This document shows positions 1-9,053 of a DNA stretch of 64,000 nt, one piece after another. Position numbers and translations under genes: made by a program. The notes under the pieces were generated by a model. That model made no database searches, had not been told where the DNA came from, and saw only the letters and a list, made by a program, of their open reading frames with translations. Positions within the stretch are counted from its first letter, which is position 1. Every line of letters begins with the position of its first letter. Source of the stretch: Longimicrobiales bacterium (lineage in GTDB: Bacteria > Gemmatimonadota > Gemmatimonadetes > Longimicrobiales > Gaopeijiaceae); contig OZ220732.1 in assembly GCA_965116905.1 (NCBI GenBank), forward strand, positions 2,432,001 through 2,496,000, in the 5' to 3' direction.

Positions 1-280
1 TCGCTGCCTGCGTCGGCGCAGGCGGTGGTTGCCAGGTGAGCAAGCGCCAATGCGGGCGCGAGTCGGGCCGGATTGGAAAACGCTGGGGCGTGTGGCATGG
101 GTGTTGGCTCCGGTTGGCGTCGGTGGCCGCGTAGGACCGGGAACGCCCACTCGACATTGTGACTTCGTCCCGTTCGTGGTCCATACGGTGGGGCCAACGG
201 GTTGGTTTACTCGGCCCCGGCCAATTCGTACCGATCCTGCAGGTTCTTCCGGCTCTGGGCGTCGGCCCCGTACCAACCCA

Positions 281-535
281 TTGAGCCGTCACTCCCAGCA
301 CTGTCAAGCCTGCAAGGACCGTGTCGGCCAGCTGTTGGAACGCATCTACGGGGGCTGCGTGCGGAATCACAGTTTCGGATGGCCAGCTGGCCTCGCCTCC
401 TACTCGGATACTCCGATCGGTGCCACGTTGCGAGACGTGGCCCGGGGCCTGGAAGGACACAGAGGATTCGGAATCGACACGTTCGTACTGCGGATTGACC
501 CGCGTGCTGACGCCCTGCTGACCCGCCCGTGTTAG
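281..535 (+). pseudogene. possible truncated fragment of a CxxC-containing hypothetical protein (putative nuclease family)
   Basis: Protein-like stretch HSQHCQACKDRVGQLLERIYG...LEGHRGF..TFV inside ORF 29..535. No clear start or RBS, and it ends right before the MTase. Family resemblance is from memory only. Confidence 0.3.
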
Positions 536-581
536 CTTGAAGCACCGGAACGCGCTGCCCTCTCGCCCACGGATCCTCTCG

Positions 582-2042
582 ATGCGCGAAACACCGACTC
601 GCAAGGATCTTGGCTCCTACTACACCCCAGCTGCCGTCGTCCGCACGCTGGTTTCGTGGGCGACAAAGAGAGGTCTCGACGGCTCGGTTCTCGACCCTTC
701 ATGCGGCGATGGGCGCTTCCTCGACGACCTCGAAGACGCGGTGGGTGTGGATGTCGACCGTGTAGCCGCCGCCGAGGCTTCCCGACGTGTGGATGCCGAG
801 ATCGTCCAGGCGGACTTCTTCGAGTGGGCCCCGAAAGCGAATCGCCGATTCGCTGCTGTTGTCGGCAACCCGCCCTTCATTCGGTACCAGCGGTTCAGTG
901 GCCAGGCCCGCCGGCGGGCACTGGACTACTGCGCCGGTCAGGGCGTACAGCTGTCGGGCCTATGTTCGTCGTGGGCACCCTTTGTCGTCGGGGCTTCGCG
1001 CCTGCTGAAGCCAGGGGGATGCTTGGCATTCGTAGTTCCTGCCGAAATCGGACACGCAGTCTACGCGCGAGATGTCGTCCGGTATCTCCTCCGTTCTTTC
1101 GAGCGCGTCGAGGTGATCGCCGTCCGGGAGAAGCTCTTCCCCGACCTCTCGGAAGACTGTTGGCTCCTGCGGGCATCCGGATTCGGCGGGTGCGCCGATT
1201 CGATTCACTTTGTTCGACTCGATGCCCTTGAGTCCGACGAAGGTGTCTGGGCCTTCGAATCGGTGTCACTGGAAGAGCTCGATCGCTGGGGCTTTCGGCT
1301 ACGCGCACTTCTGGTTCCCTCGTCGATACGGGCCGCGTACCTGGATATCGCGGTTCACACGGCAGCCAGCAGGTTAGGGAACTTGGCGCGGATCGGGATT
1401 GGCTATGTGACCGGTGCCAACGACTTCTTCCATCTGCGCCCAAGTACGGCCGACGCACTGAGAATCCCGCAGGAGTTGCTCAGGGTCTCGGTCCGTTCCA
1501 CCCGTGACTTGGCAGTAGACAAAGTCGACGAGGATGTGGTGAGATCGTGGCTCGCTGACGACCGCCCCGTTCTCCTGCTGAATCTGGCCGGGCAAACCGA
1601 CCTGCCTCCCTCGGTCAAGGATTACCTGGCATCGGACGCGGGACAGGCAGCCAAGCAATCCTACAAGTGCCGCAACCGTCAACCATGGTTCGCGGTGCCA
1701 GACGTGAGGACCCCTCATGCGTTTCTGTCGATCATGTCCGGCCGAGGACCCAGGCTCGTTGGAAACGCAGCCGCGGCAACGTGTACCAACTCTGTTCATG
1801 CGGTCCACTTCCTGGATCAGGTGGACGCAATGCGGTATGTCAGCAACTGGACCAACGAGTTGACTACCCTCTCCTGCGAGCTCGAGGGGCACGCCCTGGG
1901 GGGCGGCGTGCTGAAGATTGAGCCCGCGGAGGCACGTCGTGTGCTCATGGCTCCTGATCTGGACCTGTCGGAAGAACAAAAGGAGCTGCTTCGTAGCGGT
2001 ACCCGCGAACTAAGGAGATGGAGGCATTTTCGTGCCGCCTGA
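582..2042 (+). CDS. gamma-class amino (probably N6-adenine) DNA methyltransferase, TaqI/Eco57I/PaeR7I-like
   Basis: Motif X LGSYYTP, motif I VLDPSCGDG, motif IV VGNPPF, LAFVVP, and a C-terminal TRD with IGYVTGANDFF. ATG at 582 preferred over TTG at 537. Confidence 0.9.
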   Translation: MRETPTRKDLGSYYTPAAVVRTLVSWATKRGLDGSVLDPSCGDGRFLDDLEDAVGVDVDRVAAAEASRRVDAEIVQADFFEWAPKANRRFAAVVGNPPFIRYQRFSGQARRRALDYCAGQGVQLSGLCSSWAPFVVGASRLLKPGGCLAFVVPAEIGHAVYARDVVRYLLRSFERVEVIAVREKLFPDLSEDCWLLRASGFGGCADSIHFVRLDALESDEGVWAFESVSLEELDRWGFRLRALLVPSSIRAAYLDIAVHTAASRLGNLARIGIGYVTGANDFFHLRPSTADALRIPQELLRVSVRSTRDLAVDKVDEDVVRSWLADDRPVLLLNLAGQTDLPPSVKDYLASDAGQAAKQSYKCRNRQPWFAVPDVRTPHAFLSIMSGRGPRLVGNAAAATCTNSVHAVHFLDQVDAMRYVSNWTNELTTLSCELEGHALGGGVLKIEPAEARRVLMAPDLDLSEEQKELLRSGTRELRRWRHFRAA

Positions 2043-2928
2043 TCCGCCTGTCCTCACCAGTCTGAAGGAGGCACTCGCCCGGTTCGCGTTTCCCGATGGC
2101 AATGTTCAGTCCAGTCGGCATATCCGCCCCCTGCACTGGTACGTGGCGTGTCGGCTCGTGATCGAGGGAGGGTTCCATCCAGATCGGATTCGCCCCCGCC
2201 CGCCGATCACCGTGAGACGTAGGCGAGACGGGGTCTTTCTTCACCATGACCCCAGTGCGGCAAAGCCTGGCGAGCGGACCATACTCGGTGGACTGAAGAC
2301 CAAGCGGCTGGATGTCACGGTCACGGTTCCGACGATTGGGCCTGTACTCGCCGTGTCCCTGAAGGGCACCCACAATGCGTTCCGCAACCTCACGAACAGG
2401 ATGGAGGAGGCAGCCGGAGACTGTACCAATCTACACATGGCGTATCCGGCGCTGGTCTACGCCTTCTGGCATGTGCTTCGGGCAAACGAGGCCGACGATC
2501 CGGCTCCGATCGCTCATTTCCGGCTCACCGATGGTCGCTACGACGCGCACGATCTGGCGTTTCTGAGCGGTGGCGAACTGACAGAACCGATCCAGCGGTA
2601 TCAACACGCCTTGGAGCGGTTATCGGACCGAGACGACCTTCGGGATCACCCGTCGCGGTACGAGGCTTGTGGGTTGACTCTGGTGAAATCCAGGGGTGGG
2701 CCGGCAGAGTGCGGGGTGAATCCCGACCATCCTGCCGCCGGATCGGTCCTCAATTACAATCGGATGTTTCAGAGGCTGTACGCCATCTACGACCGCCGCT
2801 TCGTCTACAACGCCCCGGCCCTGAGATCACGGACCGAGCGCGAGGTCTGGGACAGGGAGTCGCCGCTGTTGACGGACACGATCTTCCGGGATGAAGCGTT
2901 TGCGGAGATGGAGCCGCGGGCGGGGTAG
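2032..2928 (+). CDS. putative type II restriction endonuclease, PD-(D/E)xK fold (PaeR7I/XhoI-like core)
   Basis: Overlaps the MTase stop by 11 nt. Contains K-x-x-D-V...LAVSLK...FRNLTNRMEEAAG. Confidence 0.7.
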   Translation: MPPDPPVLTSLKEALARFAFPDGNVQSSRHIRPLHWYVACRLVIEGGFHPDRIRPRPPITVRRRRDGVFLHHDPSAAKPGERTILGGLKTKRLDVTVTVPTIGPVLAVSLKGTHNAFRNLTNRMEEAAGDCTNLHMAYPALVYAFWHVLRANEADDPAPIAHFRLTDGRYDAHDLAFLSGGELTEPIQRYQHALERLSDRDDLRDHPSRYEACGLTLVKSRGGPAECGVNPDHPAAGSVLNYNRMFQRLYAIYDRRFVYNAPALRSRTEREVWDRESPLLTDTIFRDEAFAEMEPRAG

Positions 2929-2986
2929 AAGGCACCTGCCGGCTACCACATTTGTCAGGTGACTGCTGTACTACATCCCCCCCTCC

Positions 2987-5428
2987 TCAACTCACCGGCC
3001 TCCCCCGCGGCCGCAACACGAACAGCCCCTCGCTCCAGCTCGACACCACGACCACGCCGCTCTCGAAGAACGGGTAGTTGCTCCACGCCCCGCCGAACGC
3101 GGGGAGTCCCGCGTCATCCGGCACTGTATCGAAGAATCCGATCTCGATTGGATTCTCCACGTCGCTGATGTCGAGCACCCTGAGTCCACTCATCAGATTC
3201 GCCTGGTAGAGACGGTTCCCACGCACGTACTGGTTGTGGTCGATGGTTCCGGTCTCGGCGAAGTGCTCCTTGAGCAGCAGGGGGTCGTCCAGGTCGGCCA
3301 CGTCCCAAATGAGGGTGCGGGTGCGGTCGACGCCGCCCTGGGACTCGTCCGCCTCGTCGCCCATGAAGAAATGGCGGTGGTCCTCGGTCAGCCAGCCCTG
3401 GTGCGCGTAGGCGACGTTGGGGTACTCGCCGCGGGCGATGGCGACGGGGTTTTCGCGGTCGGTCACGTCGGCGATGCTGAGCGCGGTCTCGTTGGCGCCG
3501 AAGCAGATCTCGCGGCCCTGGTAGTCCTCGTCGGGGCCCCGGTAGATGACGCACTGGGCGTCGTGGGAGTAGCCGGTGCGCTGGCGTCCGGTGGTGGCAT
3601 CGGAGAAGCAGCCCAGGAAGACGGGCTCGGCGGGGGTGCGCACGTCTATCATGTGCAGGCCGCCGCCGCAGGTCTGGCCGCCCATGCTGCTGCCGACCGC
3701 GTACGCCATCCCGGTCTCCTCGTTGATGACAATGTTGTGGGCGCTGGCGATGCCGTCGTAGCGTGCGGTCTCGGTGAAGGTGACGGGCGGGCCCGCAGCG
3801 TCCCTAAGCTGGATGAGGTCGAAGATCTGCACGCCGTGCGCTCCGGCGCCGTCGGCGACGATGAACGCATGGTCCGCGTACACCTTGATGTCGCGCCAGA
3901 GGTTCTCGGTGGCGCCCTCGGTCATCGGCAGTTCGCCGGCGTACCGCGGGTTGGCGGGATCGCTCACGTCGACGAAGGCCGTAGCGTCCGAGCGCCCGAT
4001 CAGCGCCCAGTCCCTGCCGGTCACGGGGTCGGTCCAGCCCCAGATGTCGTTGAGGATCGTGCCCGGATCGGCTCCCAGCGACGCCAGCGGCACGAACGCG
4101 ACCAGGTCGACCTGCGAGCAGTCGAAGGGCCCGGTGGCGCCGTCGGTGCAGGGGGTCTCCTCGCCGGTCACTGCAGTGAGTGTTCGGGTGGATTCACGGA
4201 GCGTTGAGCTCTCGGTCCACCCGCCGTCCCGGCGCTCGAACACGACAGCCGCGCCCAGCCGCATGTCGGCGTTGGAGGCGGCGACGACGGCCACATCGTC
4301 CCGCAGGGCGACGAAGGAGCCGAAGAGAGCGCCGCGAGAGAATCCGGGCGCCGGGATGGTGGACTGGGGAACGAGGGCGATGGTGGCGGTGGGGGCGTCG
4401 GGGGAAGGAGCGTCGATGACCTGGAAGACCTGCGCGCCGCCCGCGCCCTGGCCCACACCGCTCGCGCCGACCCACGCGCTGCGGCCGTCGAAGGCTACCG
4501 CCGAGCCGTAGCCCGCCGGTCCTGACTCGGGGAAGGAGAGGCGCGCGGCCGCGGTCCACTCGTCGTCGCCGTTCCGGGTGAAAAGAACCGCTGCGCCCGC
4601 TCCTTCGTCCGCGCCGGGCGCCCCAATGAGCACGGAGGTGCCCGAGGCGGCGAGGCTTGTGCCGAAGGCGTCGCCGCCGCGGCCTTCGGGGCGCGCCAGG
4701 ATTGCGGTGGGAGAAGGGCCGGTGGCCGGAAAGCCGGCGTTGAAGGCGTAGGCCGCGCCACGATCGCCACGGGTTCCGGGCGCGCCGACGAAGAGGAGGT
4801 CGCCAGTCAGGGAGAGGGACGCGCCAAAGCGGTCGATGGTGGAGAGGACGGGGGAGGCCAGAATCGTGGCGGACCCGCCGGCCGCGTCAAACCGCAGGAC
4901 CGCGCCGGGCCCCACCTCCGATGGCGCCCCGAGGTAGACTGCGTCGCCGGACAGCGCGACGGAGGAACCCGCGCCCCGGATGTCCCGATCGGCTGGAGGC
5001 ACGAACGCGGTCGTCTGCGCCCACGCCCCATCGTTGCCCCGCTCGAAGAAATAGGCTCCGCCGACGCCATCGGCCCGCCCCGGTGATCCTACAAGCAACC
5101 GGTCCCCGTCAACCGCCAACGCGGCCCCGAACTCGTCGCCGATCTCGACATCGTCGTCGGTGATGATGTAGGCGAAATCCCACCCGTCGTCGGCACGTTC
5201 GAAGACATGGATGGTGCCGGGCGAGGGGTAGATCGCACCCGCGAGCCCGCCCCCCGTGCGTCCCACGAAGATCTCGCCGTCGCCGATCGCGATCGCGGCT
5301 CCGAAGCCGGCGGCGGCCCAGACGGATTCGAGGCCGGGGGAGCGGGACTGGGCGCTGAGCGGCGCGGGTAACGCCAGTCCGCACACCAGCACCACGCTTG
5401 CGACGATTCCATTGGCATGGCACTTCAT
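2987..5428 (-). CDS. secreted FG-GAP repeat / choice-of-anchor B (LVIVD-repeat) family protein
   Basis: Signal peptide after a strong AGGAGGAGG RBS. Repeated FGxxxAxxGDxLxVGAPG units, then NDIWGWTDP, WRDIKVY, AHNI, YSHDAQC, AHQGWL and GAWSNYPFF motifs. Confidence 0.85.
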   Translation of the reverse strand: MKCHANGIVASVVLVCGLALPAPLSAQSRSPGLESVWAAAGFGAAIAIGDGEIFVGRTGGGLAGAIYPSPGTIHVFERADDGWDFAYIITDDDVEIGDEFGAALAVDGDRLLVGSPGRADGVGGAYFFERGNDGAWAQTTAFVPPADRDIRGAGSSVALSGDAVYLGAPSEVGPGAVLRFDAAGGSATILASPVLSTIDRFGASLSLTGDLLFVGAPGTRGDRGAAYAFNAGFPATGPSPTAILARPEGRGGDAFGTSLAASGTSVLIGAPGADEGAGAAVLFTRNGDDEWTAAARLSFPESGPAGYGSAVAFDGRSAWVGASGVGQGAGGAQVFQVIDAPSPDAPTATIALVPQSTIPAPGFSRGALFGSFVALRDDVAVVAASNADMRLGAAVVFERRDGGWTESSTLRESTRTLTAVTGEETPCTDGATGPFDCSQVDLVAFVPLASLGADPGTILNDIWGWTDPVTGRDWALIGRSDATAFVDVSDPANPRYAGELPMTEGATENLWRDIKVYADHAFIVADGAGAHGVQIFDLIQLRDAAGPPVTFTETARYDGIASAHNIVINEETGMAYAVGSSMGGQTCGGGLHMIDVRTPAEPVFLGCFSDATTGRQRTGYSHDAQCVIYRGPDEDYQGREICFGANETALSIADVTDRENPVAIARGEYPNVAYAHQGWLTEDHRHFFMGDEADESQGGVDRTRTLIWDVADLDDPLLLKEHFAETGTIDHNQYVRGNRLYQANLMSGLRVLDISDVENPIEIGFFDTVPDDAGLPAFGGAWSNYPFFESGVVVVSSWSEGLFVLRPRGRPVS

Positions 5429-5515
5429 GGCTGTCCTCCTCCTTCGATGTCGGGTCTGTCGTCGCCAAGATCCGTCACCCGAAGGTGCCACGCAATGCGT
5501 AAGAGGGCCTTGAAT

Positions 5516-6328
5516 CTATGAGGGACGCGCAGAGGCCATCGGCCTCCCCCAGACAACCGACCCCGCGACCTCTCCCTGCAACCGTCCCTCTTCCATCCCC
5601 ACCGTCCCCTCCTTGACCTGCTCAGCAATCCTTGTCCTCAAGGCGTCGTCGAATGCAGCAGCCTGTTGACGGGACATTCGATCCCTGGAAAGACCGTTCT
5701 GCGAGTGTCGTCGCTCGATGTACTCCTCGACTGTCGGTCTCCACGGGACCGGATCCGTCTCCTGCTGGCCGAGGCGCTCGAACAAGCCTGCGTTTTCCAG
5801 CGCCGTCACCGGGTCCCAGCGCACATAGTCCCGGTTCAGCGAGTAGCGGGGGATAATGTCGTCCTCTCGCATTCCCACCTGCGCGCTGCGATCGACCACG
5901 GCGAGGACGCCGTTCTCGGTGAGCAGTTCGGCGAACCTGGGAATGACGACATCCAGGTCGAACCAGTGCAGACTTGCTGCCGCTGTGATCAGCGAATAGG
6001 GGCCGACGAGGTCGGCTTCCTCGATCGGCGCGCAAACCCAGCGAATACTTGGGTCGTCGCCCCCAGGCAGTGCACGGGCCGTGTCGATCATGCCCTCGGA
6101 GAAGTCGACCGCGTCCACCCGTTCACAATCCGGCGCGAGCCCGCGGGCGATGTCCCCGAGGCCGGTGCCGGCGTCCAACAGCGACCTCGGATGGTCCACG
6201 ATCAGTTGCCTGAGGAGATCAAACGTGCCGGGCGGATGCGGTGGTCGGTGGCGATAGGCGGCCACCACGCTCGGATCCTTGAACGTTTCGGCAAACTCGA
6301 CACTTCGGCAGGCGGGCCGGGTCAGCAT
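5516..6328 (-). CDS. class I SAM-dependent methyltransferase
   Basis: LLDAGTGLG motif I, VDAVDFSEGM and AASLHWFD. Start taken at ATG 6328 with a GAAGGA RBS. Confidence 0.85.
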   Translation of the reverse strand: MLTRPACRSVEFAETFKDPSVVAAYRHRPPHPPGTFDLLRQLIVDHPRSLLDAGTGLGDIARGLAPDCERVDAVDFSEGMIDTARALPGGDDPSIRWVCAPIEEADLVGPYSLITAAASLHWFDLDVVIPRFAELLTENGVLAVVDRSAQVGMREDDIIPRYSLNRDYVRWDPVTALENAGLFERLGQQETDPVPWRPTVEEYIERRHSQNGLSRDRMSRQQAAAFDDALRTRIAEQVKEGTVGMEEGRLQGEVAGSVVWGRPMASARPS

Positions 6329-6475
6329 GTCGCCGTTTCCTTCGTGACACCGTCGCCGGACAACTTGCCGCCGGGCTTGTTGAACAACATCCTCAATCCC
6401 CGCCAGCGGTCTCGCTGGCTGACCAGGCAGGCGCCCGCTCCCGTTGGCGAGGCGGGCTGATCGAAGGAAGGTATC

Positions 6476-7429
6476 ATGACGGTCCCGCGTGATACGACAC
6501 GCCGCGACTTCCTCGCGCGTATGGCGGGCCTTGGCGCGGTCTTGGCCACCCCGCGGGCTGCGCAGGGACTCACGGCCGTCGGACGAACGGCACCCACCCA
6601 GACCGCGCTCCCCACCCGCCCCATCCCCGGCACCTCCGAAGCGCTCCCCATCGTAGGCTTCGGCTCCTCCAAGCCCGTGCTCGAGATCCCCACTGAGGGC
6701 ACCGACCCCGTCGCCGCGGTAATCCGGATGCTCCTGGAGCACGGCGGCCGGGTCGTCGACACTTCCCCGCGTACGCCCGAGATCGACGAGGAGTTCGGCC
6801 AGGTTCTGACCGCCCCGGAGTTCAGCGACCGCCTTTTCGTGGCGACCAAGATCAACACGAACGGCGAATCGGCGGGCATCGCGCAGATGCGGCAGAACCA
6901 GCGGCTCGTCGGACGCCCCACGCTGGATCTGCTCCAGGTCGAGAGCATGCGCGATCTGGATGTGCACTGGCCCAACGTGCTCCGGTGGAAGGACTCGGGG
7001 GAAGCGCGCTACATCGGCGTCACGGTGTCGAGCAACGGCCAGCACGACGCCTTCGAGGCGGTCATGCGAGCAGAGCCCCTCGACTTCGTGCAGATCAACT
7101 ACTCGGTCATGGAGCCGGGGGCGGAGGATCGGTTGCTGCCGCTCGCGCAGGACCTCGGGATGGCCGTCCTGATCAACCGTCCGTTCATGAACGGCAGCTA
7201 CTTCGGGCGCGTGAGCGGGCGTGCGCTGCCGGCGTGGGCGGCCGAGTTCGACTGCGCGACGTGGGCGCAGTACTCGCTCAAGTACATCCTCGCGCATCCC
7301 GCCGTGACGTGCGTGCTCACCGAGACGACCAATCCCGAGCACATGGCGGACAACGTCGGGGCGGGGTTCGGTCGCTTCCCGGACGACGCGACGAAGCGGC
7401 GCATGCGGGAGCTGGTTCGGGACTTCTGA
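6476..7429 (+). CDS. aldo/keto reductase-family protein with Tat signal peptide
   Basis: TTRRDFL twin-arginine motif, LPIVGFGS, LFVATK, RYIGVT, VQINYS and LKYILAHPAVTCV. Confidence 0.85.
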   Translation: MTVPRDTTRRDFLARMAGLGAVLATPRAAQGLTAVGRTAPTQTALPTRPIPGTSEALPIVGFGSSKPVLEIPTEGTDPVAAVIRMLLEHGGRVVDTSPRTPEIDEEFGQVLTAPEFSDRLFVATKINTNGESAGIAQMRQNQRLVGRPTLDLLQVESMRDLDVHWPNVLRWKDSGEARYIGVTVSSNGQHDAFEAVMRAEPLDFVQINYSVMEPGAEDRLLPLAQDLGMAVLINRPFMNGSYFGRVSGRALPAWAAEFDCATWAQYSLKYILAHPAVTCVLTETTNPEHMADNVGAGFGRFPDDATKRRMRELVRDF

Positions 7430-7434
7430 GGAGG

Positions 7435-7469
7435 TTGAATGACCCGTCATGAGTGTGTATAATACACAC
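7435..7469 (+). promoter_or_regulatory. sigma70 promoter (TTGAAT-17 bp-TATAAT) overlapped by the palindromic operator GTGTGTAT-A-ATACACAC
   Basis: -35 at 7435-7440, -10 at 7458-7463, perfect 8-bp inverted repeat at 7453-7469, ATG at 7471. Confidence 0.8.
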
Positions 7470-7470
7470 C

Positions 7471-7983
7471 ATGTCATCGATGCGCTTTCCAATCGTGATC
7501 CACAAGGACGCCGACAGTGGGTATGGAGTCACCGTACCGGATCTACCTGGTTGTTTTTCGGCCGGTGATACGCTTGACGAGGCGATCGAGTCCGCCCGCG
7601 AGGCGATCGCATGCCATATCGAAGGGTTGCTGATGGACGGTGAGCCGATTCCGGCGAGGGCCTCGCTTGAGGCCCATCAGGTCAATGACGACTTTCGCGA
7701 AGGCGTCTGGGCGATTGTCGCGGTGGATATGTCGAAGCTCTCCAGCAAGACCACGCGGATCAACATCACGCTGCCGGAGCGGGTGCTGGCCATTGTGGAT
7801 CAAGCTGCAGTGCGCGAAGGACAGTCGCGCTCGGGACTGCTGGCCCAGGCGGCGCTGAGCTACATCCGGCGCCGGGCGGAGAGCGATCTTCCCGTACTCC
7901 TGACTGATAAGCCCGCATCAAGGTCTTCGTATCAGGCTGGCTCCCCGCGTCCGGGTCGTCGCCGGTTCACGGGCGGGGAATAG
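7471..7983 (+). CDS. hicB: HicB family antitoxin (HicB fold plus ribbon-helix-helix), no hicA partner
   Basis: RFPIVIHKD..SGYGVTVPDLPGCFSAGDTLDEA, and a C-terminal RINITLP...SRSGLLA RHH. Start at 7471 or 7480. Confidence 0.9.
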   Translation: MSSMRFPIVIHKDADSGYGVTVPDLPGCFSAGDTLDEAIESAREAIACHIEGLLMDGEPIPARASLEAHQVNDDFREGVWAIVAVDMSKLSSKTTRINITLPERVLAIVDQAAVREGQSRSGLLAQAALSYIRRRAESDLPVLLTDKPASRSSYQAGSPRPGRRRFTGGE

Positions 7984-8020
7984 GGCTGCACGCATCACGT
8001 ATTCGAGAAGGAGGACCTCA

Positions 8021-9052
8021 ATGACTCCGCGCCACGCAACCGCTACGCTGCTCGTCCTGGCCGCCGCCTGCACACCCGCCCCCGACCAGGCCGGCTCGGG
8101 CGCCGACCAATCCGCCCAGCCCGCCCAAATCGACAAGGCCAAGCTCCACGGCGTCTGGCAGATCATGACGGTCAGGAACCTCGAGACCGGCGAGGTCGAC
8201 TCGATTGCCAACGACCGCACGATCTGGACCCACTACACCGACTCGCACTGGACCTACGTGTGGATGGATGCCGGCCGCGAAGGCACCACCCCCGCCGAAT
8301 TCGCCGCACTTACGCCCGAGGCCCAGCACGCCGAGAACCGCGCCAAGATGCTCGACGACGAGGGCGAGTGGCGCTTCTGGGGCAGCGGCGGCGAGTGGTG
8401 GCTCGACGGGGACATGATGGGCTACACGAACGTCGTCTCCATCGAACCCTACCAGGTCCAGATGGGTGGCTTGGAGAAGGTTGTGTACGTCAACGACACC
8501 GCATACGCATACCACACGGTGGCCGCCGACGGCGAGGCGGTCCAGGAGTACACGCACCGCCGCCTCGATACGATGGGCGAGTTGGCCGTGACCCGTCAGG
8601 GCGACATCGATCCTGCGGACTTGCGGGGCAATTGGCAGATCACCTCGACGCGCAACCTTGCGACTGGGGAGGTGGATCAGGTTTGGGAGCACCGCACGGC
8701 CTGGTTCCACGTCACGGACACCCACTGGACATACGTTTGGATGAAGAAGGGTCGGCCGGTCGTCACCCCCGGCGAACTCGGGCGCATGGCTCCGGAGGCA
8801 CGCGTCTCGACCCGTTACGCTCAGATCTGGGACGATCGCAACGAGCCGGTCTTCTGGGCGAGCGGGGGCACCTACAGCATCGTCGACTCGATGTTCGTCG
8901 TGGGACCGCGGGTCCTCTCGATCGAGCCGCACTGGATTGGCGTCGAGGGAGAGGAACCGATCACACGGCTCGACCGCGACGCCTACGTCTACCTGTCACC
9001 GCCCCGCGCCGACGGCACCGTCATCGAGACGACGCACCGGCGCATCGACTGA
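8021..9052 (+). CDS. hypothetical lipoprotein with two tandem lipocalin-like domains
   Basis: AGGAGG RBS and lipobox LAAAC. Internal duplication: LHGVWQIMTVRNLETGEVD / LRGNWQITSTRNLATGEVD, TDSHWTYVWM / TDTHWTYVWM, FWGSGG / FWASGG. Confidence 0.75.
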   Translation: MTPRHATATLLVLAAACTPAPDQAGSGADQSAQPAQIDKAKLHGVWQIMTVRNLETGEVDSIANDRTIWTHYTDSHWTYVWMDAGREGTTPAEFAALTPEAQHAENRAKMLDDEGEWRFWGSGGEWWLDGDMMGYTNVVSIEPYQVQMGGLEKVVYVNDTAYAYHTVAADGEAVQEYTHRRLDTMGELAVTRQGDIDPADLRGNWQITSTRNLATGEVDQVWEHRTAWFHVTDTHWTYVWMKKGRPVVTPGELGRMAPEARVSTRYAQIWDDRNEPVFWASGGTYSIVDSMFVVGPRVLSIEPHWIGVEGEEPITRLDRDAYVYLSPPRADGTVIETTHRRID

Positions 9053-9053
9053 G

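Noticed and set aside
6329..7492. N-terminal ~390 aa of the 658-aa minus-strand ORF
   Set aside because: Antisense to the aldo/keto reductase; the real methyltransferase starts at 6328.
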